This document shows positions 24,206 through 38,100 of a stretch of 64,000 bases of DNA, one piece after another. Origin of the DNA: Marsupella aquatica (Eukaryota > Plantae > Marchantiophyta); NCBI GenBank assembly GCA_973895155.1, contig OZ316897.1, forward strand, positions 11,059,832-11,123,831, given 5' to 3'. Both the position numbers and the translations under genes were made by a program. The first letter of the stretch is position 1. Each line of letters starts with the position of its first letter. The notes beneath the pieces were generated by a model, which did not search any database, was not told the DNA's origin, and saw only the letters and a list, made by a program, of their open reading frames with translations.

Positions 24206-25684
24206 AACTGGTGCTCAAAATAAGAAGCTTGGCACTTAACATTTTAGTTAAGTACTCGTGCACCTACAATCAGTAACTAGTAGTTGTTATTGTTTTTAAC
24301 TATTAACTTTTAACTACGACAGCCACTTGAGCCGGAGGGAACCCTGCACCTAGTTATCTTAATTTTCAGATAACAATAGTAGGTTAAACATAACGTTAGG
24401 TAGGAACCCACCCTTACTATAATTATGTGTTTGTTACATGAAGGGGAAACGTGGCCAAAAACAACCACTGGAGGTCCCAAGAGGAAAAGTATTTCTATGC
24501 AAGTCCAGTTTCCAAATTATCACTGAGTTATATATCAAACTGCAAAAGAACAAGGGGCACCCAAACACAAGACAGGACCCCACTGACAGACAAAAGACCC
24601 AATCAAGGGGAGGCAACCAAACAGCCCATAAAGGCCAAAGAACCAGAAGAAAAGCCAAGTGAACCACAAACCAACAAAGAACTAGGGGCCTAAGGCTGTA
24701 CCTATAGAAAACTTGTAGGGTCTAGTAGAGCTCCGGAGTGAACTACATAGGGGGTCAGATAACAAAGGAACTTGACTAGCTGCTCTAGAACTAACCCAGG
24801 CTGGTGCAAAAGAACCAAAAAAGTCAATTCAAAAGAACAATGAAAGAGCCTAATATGGTAAGTCCCCAACAATTGCTAAAGACCTTAAACCCTAGTGACG
24901 CACCAAGCTGGGTAGAATTCTGGAATAAACTACATAAGAGGATCACTAGCTACTACAATTTTGACCAGAGATCGAGTGACCGTAACACCAATCTTGTCAA
25001 ACATGGATATGGTTGTTCTTCCCCATAGTTTTTATTGTATCTAACATTATCAAATGCAATACATGTTCAATCAATAAAATTATGTTCATATTACGTACGT
25101 AAAAATGAAGGGAAACTGCGATTTTGAAAACATAAGTTCACGGACACAGTGCCCTGGCTTGGCATTTGAGCTCTACAAACATTTGGTGAAGCGCATGAAC
25201 CAAGACCTATCCTTCTGGTGCTCGTGGGCAGAACCTTAACTTGTCTAGTATCCGCGAAAGCGGTGCATATATCTATATTCAGAACGCCTTCAGATTGTAC
25301 AACATAATGCATAGTAGAATTAAGGCGAAGTACCCTACCTATTCAATGTCGTACATGTACTCTGTCTTGGATTTTGAGCTAGTCTATTAGATACTATATA
25401 CTAGTGTGACTCATGTTAGGGGGTACATAGGATAGTAATGTGCTCCAGTAACCCGTCCGGTAACTATACTTTATTAATTACATGTAGCCACTTAACCCGT
25501 TCATGAATATTCTCTTCTCTTCTCTTAAGTAACTTATAGTTTTTGTTCATCATGGAAAAGAGTCTAGATTTGGACGGGAACTTAAATGGTACTTCTCCCC
25601 TAGTTTTACTAAGATAAAAACAAAGGAATTCGCTAAAGCTTCAAGCTAGTTTTTAAATGTAACAAGGCATTACCGGCAAGAATA

Positions 25685-27048
25685 GCCCATCAAACTTCTA
25701 AAAACATAGTGACGGACCAAACGAGAAGTGTGACCACCCTTCTCATTTTGCCCGATCGCAAAATCGTGGCTAAGTAAAGAAATCTCCGATACGAAACGCC
25801 CATGAGTGAGAATATCGTTTGTTTTTGGAGTCTTGAAAGTGAAGAGCGATACGCGGATCGCTCTTTGCATTGTGCAACCAAACAGTAAAAAAAATCCACT
25901 TGAGACGGTAAACTGCATAAACTGCGCGGTTGACTACGAAACTTAACCCGTGGTTAATGTGATCCTGGAGGACGACAAATACCGGTATTGTTATGTTTAT
26001 TGGATTGGCATTCAAGGTTGTCGAGAGAAAAAGCTATACCGGTATCGCGGTCTGTATTGGAGTGGTGTTTACAGGTGGTCAAGGAGGAAGAGAGATACCG
26101 GTATCGTGGTCTGTATTGGAGTGGTGTTTACAGGTGGTCAACGAGGAAGAGAGATACCGGTACCACGGTCTGTATTGGAGTGGTGTTTACAGGTGGTCAA
26201 GGAGGACGAGAGATACCGGTATCGCAGTCTGTATTGGAGTGGTGTTTACAGGTGGTCAAGGAGGAAGAGAGATACCGGTATCGCGGTCTGTATTGGAGTG
26301 GTGTTTACAGGTAGGTGGTCAAGGAGGAAGAGCGATACCAGTATCGCGGTCTGTATTGGAGTGGTGTTTATAGGTGGTCAAGGAGGAAGAGCGATACCAG
26401 TATCGCGGACTGTATTTGAGTGAGGATTACAGGTGAACCGGGAGGAAGAGCGACACCAGTTTGCTAGAGGAAGGACTAAGAAATGAGTCCGGAACAATTT
26501 CAAATGGACATTGCCATTTGTATTCTTGTTTCAACGTTGACAATGGAATTTTGCAAACTACGTGGTGAACTGCGAGGTAACTTCAGCTGACTGTGTGGTG
26601 AAATTTGATGTAAAAAAATATTAGAATGTGGTAAATATTTCAAAACCTTCGTTTTATGAAAGAAACGGCAAACAAATTTGAATGGAATTCGAGGAGCGAT
26701 ACCGGTATCGTAACAGTTTTGTTTTCTTGATCTGTTTTCCTTGTAACCAAAAGTTCTATTTTCAAAATCTAACCAAAATGGAAATATTTTTGGGTTCTAT
26801 TGTCGCAATGAAAACATTTGAAGTTAGTGAGGATATTGAAATTCACAATTTGGGATGAAGCCATCATTCCTCGCGAAGTTGGGAACGATACGAATTAGTC
26901 GGTTTTGCAAAAATCATTGATTTTGTGAGAAATGTGTCGCAAACATTGTGAAAATTGGCGGAAATCGATCGAAATTGAAAACACCCTTCTCCATTAGGCG
27001 TCACACTTCTCGTTTGGTCCGTCACCGTGTTTAAATGAAGATGGAGGG
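25685..27048. mobile_element. Non-autonomous TIR DNA transposon (possibly Tc1/mariner-like, TA flanks)
   Basis: A perfect 26-bp inverted repeat GTGACGGACCAAACGAGAAGTGTGAC lies at 25709-25734 and 27000-27025, with weaker outward extension to TA dinucleotides. Confidence 0.7.
25977..26460. repeat. 59-bp minisatellite, about 7-8 copies
   Basis: The TGTATT core recurs at 26053, 26112, 26171, 26230, 26289, 26352 and 26411. The unit contains the palindrome GATACCGGTATC. Confidence 0.95.
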
Positions 27049-27061
27049 TATTATTACGTAC

Positions 27062-27660
27062 ACGAGCTCAATACCTGTGCGTTGCACAAAAGATGTCTGA
27101 AGAAAAAAGACGTCGTGACGCCCAAGATGTTGAATGTTGAGAGAAAAGATATCATGACGCCCAAGATGTCACCCAAGATGTGTTAAGAGAAAAGATGCCA
27201 TGTCGCCAATTGAAAGATGTCGTTGAGACAAAAGATATCACTACGCCCAAGATGTCGTTAATAGAAAATATGTTGTTAAGTATAAACTTGTTGTTAAGTA
27301 CAAAATGGTCCATAAATATTAAAGTGATGTCATCAATCATATATGTTGTCAAGTCTCCGTTGCGCAAAAGATGTTGTTGCATCAATACGTCGTTGCATTT
27401 ACAATATTGTTATATAAAAAATGTCAGTAAATAAAATATGTGGTTGCTCAAAAAATGTCATTGCGCAAAAGATGTAGTTTACTAAAAGATATTGTGTGGT
27501 GAAAGATGTCAATGCGTAAAAGATGTACGTTGTTGTGCTAATTAAAGATGTAGACAGTTGAAAAATTATCATGGTGCAAAAAAATATTTGTTAGAAAGAT
27601 CTCATTGCATGAAAAGAATTTGTCGAGTGAAAGACGTCATGACAGAAAGAGAGGCAACAA
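27062..27660 (-). mobile_element. Helitron-like 3' end with AAAGATGTCGTTG-type short repeats
   Basis: The minus strand reads ...GTGCAACGCAC AGGTATTGAG CTCG(T), resembling a Helitron 3' hairpin plus CTRR end. The same repeat type adjoins a helicase remnant at 62864-63300. Confidence 0.5.
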
Positions 27661-27765
27661 CCACCACCAAAGTACAGCAAATTAAATGAGAATGATTTTT
27701 TAAATTGTTTTTGTCATTTTTATATTTTTAAATTAAACCATAAAACCCTCCATGTCCCGGCCTCT

Positions 27766-27796
<31 letters not shown>

Positions 27797-28676
27797 TTTT
27801 TCTTTTCCCTTCTTTTTCACTATTTTTCTTGTCTTGTCTTTTTATTAGATTGTGCACTATTTTATTGATTACCTAATATTTGTAATTCAACTCCTCTCAT
27901 GATGTAGCACTTCCTATGCATGGATGATATGGAGCATAGTATATGGCATGGATAATAGAGGGAGAAGCATGGTGTAGCATGAAGGGTACAACTGTAAAAC
28001 TGAATACTTTGTACTTTTCTTGGTTGAAATACTTGTTCACACCAAACATAATTATTTTCTTCTTATTCCTTTCTCAATTTTATTTTTTCCACATTGAAGG
28101 GAAAAGCTATTTGAATGACGATCGAACACTTTAAAAAGGCGCAACCATTTATTATAGTTTCTAATATCATGCATAATTAACATTCCCCACCGACACCAAC
28201 TAAAGGAACTAAATTGTCAATTAAAAAGACTTGAGAAAAACGGGTGCTGTGGCCAGCAGGAAGACACGCTGCTTTGTAGTTCAATCTACTTTGATCAGCC
28301 CACCTGCTATGATCGAAAGCGCGGCGAGGAACTGTTCAAACCACGTACGCCTTGCTACAAAAGCTGCCTTCTTACAGCTACGATCGAACAGATCACTCAG
28401 CTGGAATGGAGTATTTAGTTCAGACTTCAGCTGAATTTCACCAAAGCATCCCTCCACTTCTCGTCTGGAATTGAGAGAGAGAGAGAGACCAACCATTCAA
28501 GCTCTAGAGGATCGATCAAGCATAACTTCACAACCAGCGATTATGTACATGTCAAGTGCTCAATATCCGTGATCTGAGTAAGTGTAGAGGTTGTTTCTTG
28601 AGAGGCGGTAGTCAATTAGAAGCGTCTAGGAACGAAAACAGCAATCGAGGTTTGTTTAATTTGGAGGGGCTGAACG

Positions 28677-31503
28677 ATGGAGGTGAAACTCCTTTGGACA
28701 ATGATATGGTCTGCTACGGTCATATCATTAGTTGTTCCAGCTGCTGTCAACTCCGCCCCGGTCACGATCGACTTCAACGTGTGCGTACCTGCACACTACC
28801 CACTTAATCCGGTGAATCTCACGGGTCAGCAGGAAACTAGCTATTGCTGCCCTCTGAAGCCAACTAAGCCAGTCATAAACGGGCCCCCTCCTCTTTTGAC
28901 GGATATCATCAGAGTTAGAAAAGCTTCGCAATGCACGGATGCTGCCTACGCTGCGAAGATCGAGAAGGCGTATTCACTGATGAAAGCGCTGCCAGACGAT
29001 GACCCACGGTCGTTCAAGCAGCAGTGGTCCCTTCACTGCGCCTATTGCGGGGGTTCCTTCCTCACCACCAACAGCACCGGAGGTAAGGAAGGAATCGACA
29101 TCCACTTCAGCTGGCTCTTCTATCCGTGGCATAGGTACGCACACGTCAGGTCTCTAGCACGTAGTTCCAAATTATGCAAGTGAAGTAGATGTTTGCGGTC
29201 GGAGCCAGTGTCAAATGCCTCGATGAAGCTGCATGTCAGGTGGTGAAATCTCCCATGATAGATGAATAAGCTAGTGTTCAATGCCTCAATGAAGCTATCG
29301 ATCAGAAGGTGAATTCTGGGGCCTCAATTCCACGAGACTAAAATTTATAACAGGGAGATTGCTGAATTACTTTAACGGAGTGGTTGAGCAGGCTGGCTAA
29401 TCTTCACAAGTCGCTGCCAATCCCCTAGCTTGAGCTAGAGCAGTTTTTCAGCGTAAGATCGATGGACTTAACGGAATTGATGAATGAATGGAATGCAGGT
29501 GGTTCTTGTACTTTCACGAAAGAATCCTGCAGTCGCTTCTTGAGGACCCAACTTTCAGTCTCAATTACTGGAACTGGGACAACCCATACAGCGTGGGCGA
29601 TGGCTCGTCTAAGGATGGAGCGTGTCTGAAGCAGGGACATGACTTCCCCGCGGTCTTCAGTAACCCTTCGAAATCTACATACGATTTCAACCGGTCCGAT
29701 AATGCGAAGGGAAAGGGCCGCTTGCACTTCCCAGGTGGGTTGGGTAACTGCGATTAGGGATATAGGGGAATCGTGTTCATGAAGAAGCATTCTTTCAATT
29801 ATTTCATTAAAACAGGATTAGAAACTGACTCGTGTATCGGCTTTCTGTTCGCAGACTTCTTCTACATTCCAGCACTGTCAGAATACCTTCAGCCGAACTT
29901 CACCGCCAGTGAGGAAGCTGTGATTCTAAGTAATATGAATATAATGTACCAAACCTTAGTGAGCGGCGGAACCACTGCAGAAACGTTTATGGGCCGCCCG
30001 TATAGAGCAGGAGAGGTTAAAGGTGTGTACAACATGCATATGGAGATTATTAATGCAGTATCTCGTTCACATTCACTATTCGAAAGGTAGTCTTAACTTT
30101 AATTGGCTAGTAACAGGGATAACGTGGTCGCTCAAGCTGAAAAAACAGATAAGTTTGTTTCAGTTGGGGTCCGACTATTTAGCTTCAGTCGACAGAGTCA
30201 GAATTCTTACGCCTTCGGTAATTGTTTTGAATCTGAACAGGATTCCCAGGGCCTAGTGGAGGCGCTGGAACATTGGAATCGAGCGCTCATGCTACGGTTC
30301 ATTTCTGGACCGGAAGAGACCCACCTACGCTTGACGACATGGGACAGCTTGGACATGCTGCCCGTGATCCAATATTTTACGCACACCACTCCAACATCGA
30401 TCGCTTGTGGCAGGTAAATGAGAGTCCGAATGAACCTTTCTTTGTCCAGGAAACAATGGTTAGTCTAGTCATTCAAGCGCAGCTCGAAAATTTTACGGGA
30501 TCTACATAATTGTACTTAAGACACTTATTCACTATCGTAGGTGTGTAATTGTTTCATCAGCACTGCAGATATATGTCACGGAAACTGATCCAGTTCTAAA
30601 TGTTGATCGCTTTCTCCGGTTGTTGATGAAATAGGTCTGGAAAGATATCGGACCAATTTTTGGTCAAAAGCGTGAGTACTATTCGGACCCTGATTTCCTA
30701 AATGCGGAGTTCCTCTTCTACGACGAGAACAAGGATCTCAGAAGAGTGAAGGTAGAAGATGCGTTAGATACAACGAAACTGGGATATGTGTATCAGGGAG
30801 CGAATGATGCCGCATGGCTATTCCCAGACTTGACAAGGTAATAAATATAGTTGAAGAGTGCAATGACGTAGATCGAAGTTTTACCCGCACTAGAGATCGA
30901 TTACTGATGTCGTGAAGTTCTTCATGGTGGCTTGTGGCTTTAAAACCGCACATCGTACTAACTACGATCTGTCTAAATCGACGTGCTCGCATGCCACGAT
31001 AAGCTACTAATCATGATATCACCGGTCGTTACCCTTGCAGGTGCTCCAATTCGAGCTACTTGGAACTCATTGCCCAGGCAGAAGATTTGCCAGTGCCAAA
31101 GAAAACGGAAGGATATTATCATCTGCAAGCCGGGACACCATTTGTGCTGGTGATTGACAGACCGGACAATCCGCATGGAATTGAGGAGTTTCTCACGATT
31201 GACGGCATCACGCTGGACAGATCTTGCATTGCAGGGTTTGATGTATATGTTGATTTGCTTAAGCCTTGGGATTACCAGGTCGCTTCCAAGTGCGCTGAAT
31301 ATGGTGGGAGATTCACGAACATGGCTCAAAGTCAAAGCGTGTCTACAAAATCATTGGTCTGGAAGCAAAGTATCACCAGAACTTTAGTCGACATTCAAGC
31401 TCCAACAGCCCCTTCTAAAGTTGTGATTACTCTGATTCCCTTTTCCCAGTCGGGCGACTACGAAACCATCAAGTTTAAGTCCATAACCGTCAACACTAGT
31501 TGA
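28677..31503 (+). CDS. PPO: Polyphenol oxidase (type-3 copper) with secretory signal peptide; exons 28677-29134, 29499-29734, 29855-30022, 30241-30413, 30635-30837, 31041-31503
   Basis: CuA: HCAYC...[22 protein letters not shown]. CuB: AHATVHFW...RDPIFYAHHSNIDRLW. DWL-like DPDFLNAEFLFYDEN...LGYVY and KFDV-like GFDVYVD are present. All introns are GT-AG and frame-compatible. Confidence 0.95.
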
Positions 31504-32339
31504 CACTCGACCAGTTTCCATAGTTATGGACCTGAAGAGGGTAGGAAATAGGGTACAAGGGAAACCCTTTCAAAATTTATTGAGTTTTATCATTTTTTCA
31601 GAATCACATTGTTTAATTCATAGAATGAAAACCAGTGTCAAACATAGTTTGAAATAACACTCTATCGATTGAAGCAATGCGATTCTGTAAAAGCAACATT
31701 ATTCTTTTTGAATTGAAGATACTAGCTAGGTTGCAAAAATTGAAAACGTAATTGTTACTCTCGGAAAGTTGAAGGTATCGCAGTTTCTCTAATAAATTAC
31801 TGCCTTTCGCAAAGCGTTCCTTTTCTCGATCATTGTTCTGGCGTAGAAAAAGATACGCCTGCCCTGCAATGATTATATAAACCCAAGTCTGTAATACATC
31901 AATGACGACATTCGTTTTGATTGTATTTTCCAAATATTGCACTGGATGCAGAATGCCAATTGATCATAGTTCGCAGATTGTCGACCTTTTTGGTGGATGA
32001 TATATATCTGGCAGTTGTTTAAAATTCGTGAGCCGCTTTCATTCAAATGGTTGTCAAATTTGGGATAGTTAGTAGCACTACGCCCTTCAACGCAAATAGT
32101 TGTAGTCACACCACTGTTTCACATTATTCGCTGTTAGTCATTCGGGAATAGATCGCCCTCACAGAAAACAATTTCCTGACGCAAAGTTGCATGACATTCA
32201 TGCTTCGTTCCCTCCGTTACTAAGAGGCAGATTCTGGGGAAGTGATCCTATGTGATTGTCGCCTCCTTTTCGCAGTGACATGCTGTCCCCAATGTAAACG
32301 GAACACAGTAAGAAATAATGTGAGCGTTGTTATACTTCA

Positions 32340-32580
32340 CTGTTGCCTGAATTGGTCGTGGTAACACGGGTTGTGAATCCAAATTTGGTTTCTTAAAATT
32401 ATTTGTGGAGTTCAAAATTGGTCTTGTTAACACTGCTCTCGGCAACACTTTATCCAATTAAATTGGGTTCTTAACATTATTTGTGAACTCCAAAATTGGC
32501 ATTGGTAACACTGCTCTTGGCAATACTTTCTGTGGTCCAAAATTGGTCTTGGTAACATATTCATGCAACCTAAAATTTTA
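32340..32580. repeat. Degenerate tandem repeat (AAAATTGGTCTTGGTAACAC core)
   Basis: The core recurs about 5-6 times with variation. Confidence 0.6.
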
Positions 32581-34159
32581 GCTGTTAGAGTACTAGATCC
32601 ACTGGTAGCTGGCACAAAATGCTAGGCTGGTAAAGTCTTTGACATTTTGGGCACCTCTAGAAGACAATTACAGTATATGACTCCTGGTGCTAGGTCCTTT
32701 GGCCGCTTATGAAATCTACAAGACAATGTGAGAGTATACTTGACGCTCTAGACTCACTTCAATTGGCAGATTTTGCAACATTCAAGATACAGCAAGAGCT
32801 CCTCCATTTGTTTCATGCATTTGGCAAGTTCTTTGCAATCATAAAGCACCTGCATTCTTCACACAATTCCAATCTTGGAAGTCACCCATCAGATCTACTT
32901 AATTATCCGGATCGTCCTAGGTTAGTTGACTAGGACAGAATTAGCCTACTCAACAACAGAATTGTTAGGGCATTAGCTCCATGGGTGAGTCGATCACCTG
33001 GGCTGTAGATGGTTCTTACAGTTCATTTGACATGATATCAATCATATCGTAGCAAATTCCAAAATCCAGATGACCCAACCATCAGGACAGAGTCAGAGTT
33101 TCTTGATTCCACTTTGATCAATTCTTGCTTCAATCATTATGTTTTATAGTTTTACATCTTCACGTTCATAGTGTAAGTCAGACCAAGATCTGGAACATAA
33201 TTACTACCCTCGTATATATTGAGATACGAGAATTAGTTTCATCACATTCCTTTGTCACATTGAGCAATTTCTTGGATTTCATCCTGTTTATTGTTACGGA
33301 AATAACCTGATTGAGGAGCCCAAGGCCAATTGCTGACGCCAAGCCAAGTTACAAAACCGAAGACAAAAAAATAGCCAAACCAGGAAATAGGATCCAAAAG
33401 AAGAGATTTTGTAAAAGGGAAAAAAAAAAGGAAAACCCCAAGAAGACCAAAGAGCAGTAAAGCCAGACAGTCCTGCACGAGGCCAAGGAACTAATGCCTT
33501 TTTGAACAGGAAAGGGAAAAGTCTGGTAATGCTCCCAAGTAAATTGCATATGAGGGTAACAGCGAGAGTCCCTAAAAACCAACAGCCTCAATAAATTAGG
33601 CTTATCGTCCTCATCATCACTGTCCAATTGGTTTCCAAGCGAACATAAATGATTCCTGTAGCTGCTTGTCACGGATGCCCCGTCGTTGGCGTTTCCTGAC
33701 GTCAACGGGAAGGTGCTCTTTGGCAGACAAGCATGGACGTGATTTTGAAGGTTCTCCGGACGGATGTCAAAGCAATCTAGAAAGATTTAAATGTTGCAAG
33801 AGAAGTGGATGATTTGAGCGCTTCGGGTGGCTTTACTAGAACTCGGCGGAAGTTCTCCTTTTATTGCGTGGAACAGTGGTGATATAAAGAGTCCCGGACC
33901 TCGACATTCGAACCAAAAGGGGAATAGCAACGAGGACCACATGTGGAACCAGATCCCTGTGCGCCCAAGTCAGCTTTCCTCATCCGCAAATGCTGACATC
34001 AGCGGAGATATGATGTCACAGCGAAAGTCAGCGAAAGCGAATAGGGAATTCTACAATTCCACTATGTAGTTATCCTATAAAGGCAATCCAAACCGGAAGA
34101 GTCTCATTGTCGGAGTTCCTTCGTAGGTGCCTGACTCCGGGATCGAGACACGGACATCG

Positions 34160-34960
34160 CAGTGTTTCTCTGGCTGTTCAAAACGAGGCTTCTCGTCTAA
34201 ACTATCTCAGTGCCCCAACTCAGGACTACTTGCGGTGTCATCAATTTCATAGTTTCTTTGTTCCTCATTTTCTCTGCGGTCGATTGGTTAATCTTGCTAG
34301 TATGGTTCCCACAGGCAATATGGTGGACGTGTAATTCACCCCGCAACGGATGGTATCCGGATACAGAACGATCGAGGAATCATGCGACAAAATTGTCCCT
34401 GCCTGCCTTTCGAAAAGTTTTGATCTCTCCTGTACGTAGCTGCTCTTCTCTTGATCAAAGCATATAGTTCATGCATGATAGCCATGACTTTTGGATATTT
34501 GATCTTCTCCTGTACTATTTCCCTGGCTCACTCAAAATGAAGCTTCTCATCTAAACTTACTTCAGTGCTCGACCAACTGCCTGCTCTCTGTCTCTTGATC
34601 GAAGCTTATAGTTCATGATTGCTATATATGACATTAGACATCTGACCTTCTCGTGTACTATTTCTCTGGCTTCGTTCGAAACGAGGCTTCTCATCTGAGC
34701 TCCCCGACCAATTGAAAGACTATTTGCAGTGTCATCACTTTCATACTTTCGATTGGTTATTAATCTTACTAGTATGTTTCCTGCCGGCAAAATGGTGGAC
34801 CCTGCAACGGATCGTACTCCGCTTCAGATCCGGCTATAGAACAATAAATGCGGGAAATTTTTCCATGGCTGCCTTGCTAAAAGTTCTGATCTCAGCTGCT
34901 CTTCAATCTCTTGCTTGAAGCATGTATTTCATGATTGCCATGACGTTGTGTCTCTTCCAG
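34160..34960. repeat. Diverged tandem duplication upstream of the LRR-RLP
   Basis: TTTCYCTGGCT...AAAYGARGCTTCTC.TCT recurs at ~34165, 34519 and 34661, with collinear downstream blocks. Confidence 0.65.
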
Positions 34961-35154
34961 ACTTCAAAAGTCTGTCAGTGCCTCCAAAACCATATTTTGG
35001 CCTTATCTTTCGCTCCCCAACTTACGGCTCTGTACTCCCTGGATTGACCAATTTTCGGAGTTTGAACCTCTAATCCGCTTCATTTAAACAATTAAAAGAA
35101 TCTAACATTAGACCTTGAATTCTCCAGGCTCATCAGGTCTTCTAATAGATCGAG

Positions 35155-38100
35155 ATGGCGTCAAGAGGATCATTGTGTACATGCTTTCTACGAGTCCTGA
35201 CTACGGTGCACATTCTTCTCCATTTCGTGAGCTCCAGCTCCATTGCTGAGATCGCTGAGCCGGTGTCATGTGTTCCGAAGCACGGATCAGTTCGAGCTTT
35301 TTCTATGATTCAAAGTCGACATTGTGCAATGCATGCTGCTCCGACCCATGATGTTGCTCCGACAGATGAGGCCCCCGTTATGCACAAAGGACGTCAGAAA
35401 GCCATCGCCCGTGGCTCAAAGAACTTACGTGAGCTCCAGGGCCGATCAATCTCCACCGCCGCCATGAGTCCAAGCACAAACGTTACTGATAGGTAAGACT
35501 GAACCTCATTGCGACAATGCAATCTTTCTGCACAGACAACTGTATGTTTTTTCCAGTCTACTCATCCCAAATGTTTGCTTTGGATAGAGTTCTTTAGCTC
35601 TGATGAGATCTATGAAAATATCTATGTTGTCTAGGATCATATGGGTTTAGGACCACACTAGCTGCTTGACTTCCATCCAAATAGTACATTGGGTGTGATA
35701 CCATCTGAGTTTCAAGGTTTTGAATGGAGACCCTATCGAGCTTATGACTCTTGCTGTACCATTACTTTATTGTAAATTTGTTAGTTTACCATTCTTTTGG
35801 TTTTCGATCCATACGGGCGGTTTGAACCCTTATTTTCGAGAAAAAGTGGCATTCTAATAATTAATCCCAAACACTTCTACAAATTTCACAAATAACCAGT
35901 GGCATAGTACGAAATCTTAATCTTTCCATCTAGCTGCATCATATTTGCATGTAATCGGTATAAAAAAAATGCCCAAATTGTTAATGTGGCACTCTATCAT
36001 GCAATTACATACTGAAAACCAAAATAGCTTACTGAAATCGAGTTGCTGGAGTAGTAAAACGGGCCCTGTGATTTCTAGCATGCAACACAGGTCTTGGTCA
36101 TTCATTCGAGTCAAAACATAACTCCTCGCTACATTTCAGTACGTTTTGGATTTGGCCATGTCTGAAGTCCTCACTGTGCACACGATGAGTTCTTGAATTG
36201 TTTTCTGATACAATGTTTTCTGATACAATGAGTCATCACTTAAGTGTGCAATTACAAGTAAGCATGATCACTTAAATAGGCACTACAAATCTAAGTCAGA
36301 TATACTAAAACCACAGGAGTACATATGCAAAATAGGTGTAAGATGTATCTACATAAAAGGATCTGTACATGCCAAATTAGATAGAAATGGGAAACACTAA
36401 CGTACGCATGATGGGATTAGGTATATATTCCGTCCACATCCCAATTGAAAGTGAGTACTTATCAAGAGATCATATATATACTCTGACTAAATGTATGGGT
36501 GTCCTGTTTGTAACTGTTTGTGACAGGGAAGTACTACTTGCTTTCAAAGCATCGATCGATGGACAATTGGACAATACCCCTGTCACCTGGAACGTCACCA
36601 CTCACCCCAACATTTGCTCAGGCTGGGAAGGAGTCACTTGCAACAGGGCCCAACGAGTGGTGAGTCTAGATCTATCTGAAATGAAGCTTACTGGTCCCAT
36701 CAACCCAGCCTTGGGGAACCTGTCCTTTCTCATGAGTTTGAATCTCTCCTTCAATGATTTCAGTGGAGAGATTCCTGCAAGCTTGAGTCTTTGCAGAGGA
36801 CTTCGGATGATTGATTTCAACTCGAACAACCTCTCGGGTTGGATTCCCAGCAGTTTGGGGGCTGTCATCAACTTGGAACTTCTGGATCTATCTATCAACA
36901 GTTTATCTGGACCCATTCCAAGAAGTTTAGGGAATCTCACTAACTTGCAGAAAATTGACTTGACATTAAATCAACTTTATGGTGACATTCCCATGGAGTT
37001 GGGGGCCCTTTTCAAGTTGGACTTTCTAAAGCTATCACTGAACCGTTTCACTGGACTCGTTCCCAACAGTTTGGGGAACCTCACAAATTTACTAGACCTT
37101 GAGTTGTACTCTAACCAACTAGATGGTGCTATTCCAGATTTGAGGGGTCTTGTCAAGATACAGGGTCTTGACTTGTCGGACAACTACTTGAGTGGATCCA
37201 TTCCTAGCACTTTGTGTAACCTCACAAATTTACTAAGCCTTGGGTTGGAGATTAATTACTTATTTGGTGGTATTCCAAAGGAGTTGGGGGCTCTCAACAA
37301 GTTAATGCATCTAGGTATATCCCAAAACAACTTGACTGGATCCATTCCCAGCACTCTAGGGAACCTCACAAATTTAATAGAACTTGTGTTAGGCTATAAT
37401 ATTCAACTAGTTGGTGATATTCCAAAGGAGTTAGGGGCTCTCACTAACTTGGGGTTTCTAGCACTTGAATATAACAGCTTGACTGGATCCATTCCCAGCA
37501 CTCTTGGGAACCTTACAAAAATGCAATCCATTACCTTGGAGAGTAATCAACTGGTTGGTGGTATTCCAAAGGAGTTGGGGGCTCTCAACAACTTGGGTAT
37601 TCTGAATTTACTCCACAACAATTTGAGTGGATCCATTCCCAACACTTTGGGGAACCTCACAAATTTGATAGACCTTGAGTTGGGCTATAATTATAAACTA
37701 GTTGGTGATATTCCGAAGGAGTTGGGGGCTCTCACTAACTTGTTGGATCTAGGACTTCAATATAACAGCTTGACTGGATCCATTCCCAGAACTCTGGGGA
37801 ACCTTGCAAATTTGCAAAGTCTAGCACTTGTTGACAACAAGTTGACCAGATCCATTCCCAGCACTCTAGGGAACCTCACAAATTTATGGTACTTTGAGTT
37901 GGGCTCTAATCAACTAGTTGGTGGTATTCCAAAGGAGTTGGGGGGTCTCACAAACTTGAAGAGTCTAGGACTCTATCGCACCAACTTGACTGGATCCATT
38001 CCCCACATTTTTGGGAACCTCACAAGTCTGGTGACCTTTTATTGCTCTAGCAATCACCTAAGTGGCCATATTCCTATTGAGTTGGGGGCTCTCCCCAACC

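Noticed and set aside
25950-26460. Three overlapping ORFs and a CRISPR-like appearance of the regular repeat
   Set aside because: The 59-bp head-to-tail units have no unique spacers and there are no cas genes. The ORFs cycle the same peptides because the period is not a multiple of 3.
33300-33700. Possible LINE 3' ends here and at 24430-24950
   Set aside because: Composition is suggestive, but no diagnostic motif or TSD could be established.
36387-36526. ORF-track N-terminus of the 1068-aa LRR protein
   Set aside because: This is intronic read-through with no signal peptide. The acceptor at 36526 joins the upstream exon 35155-35492 in frame.
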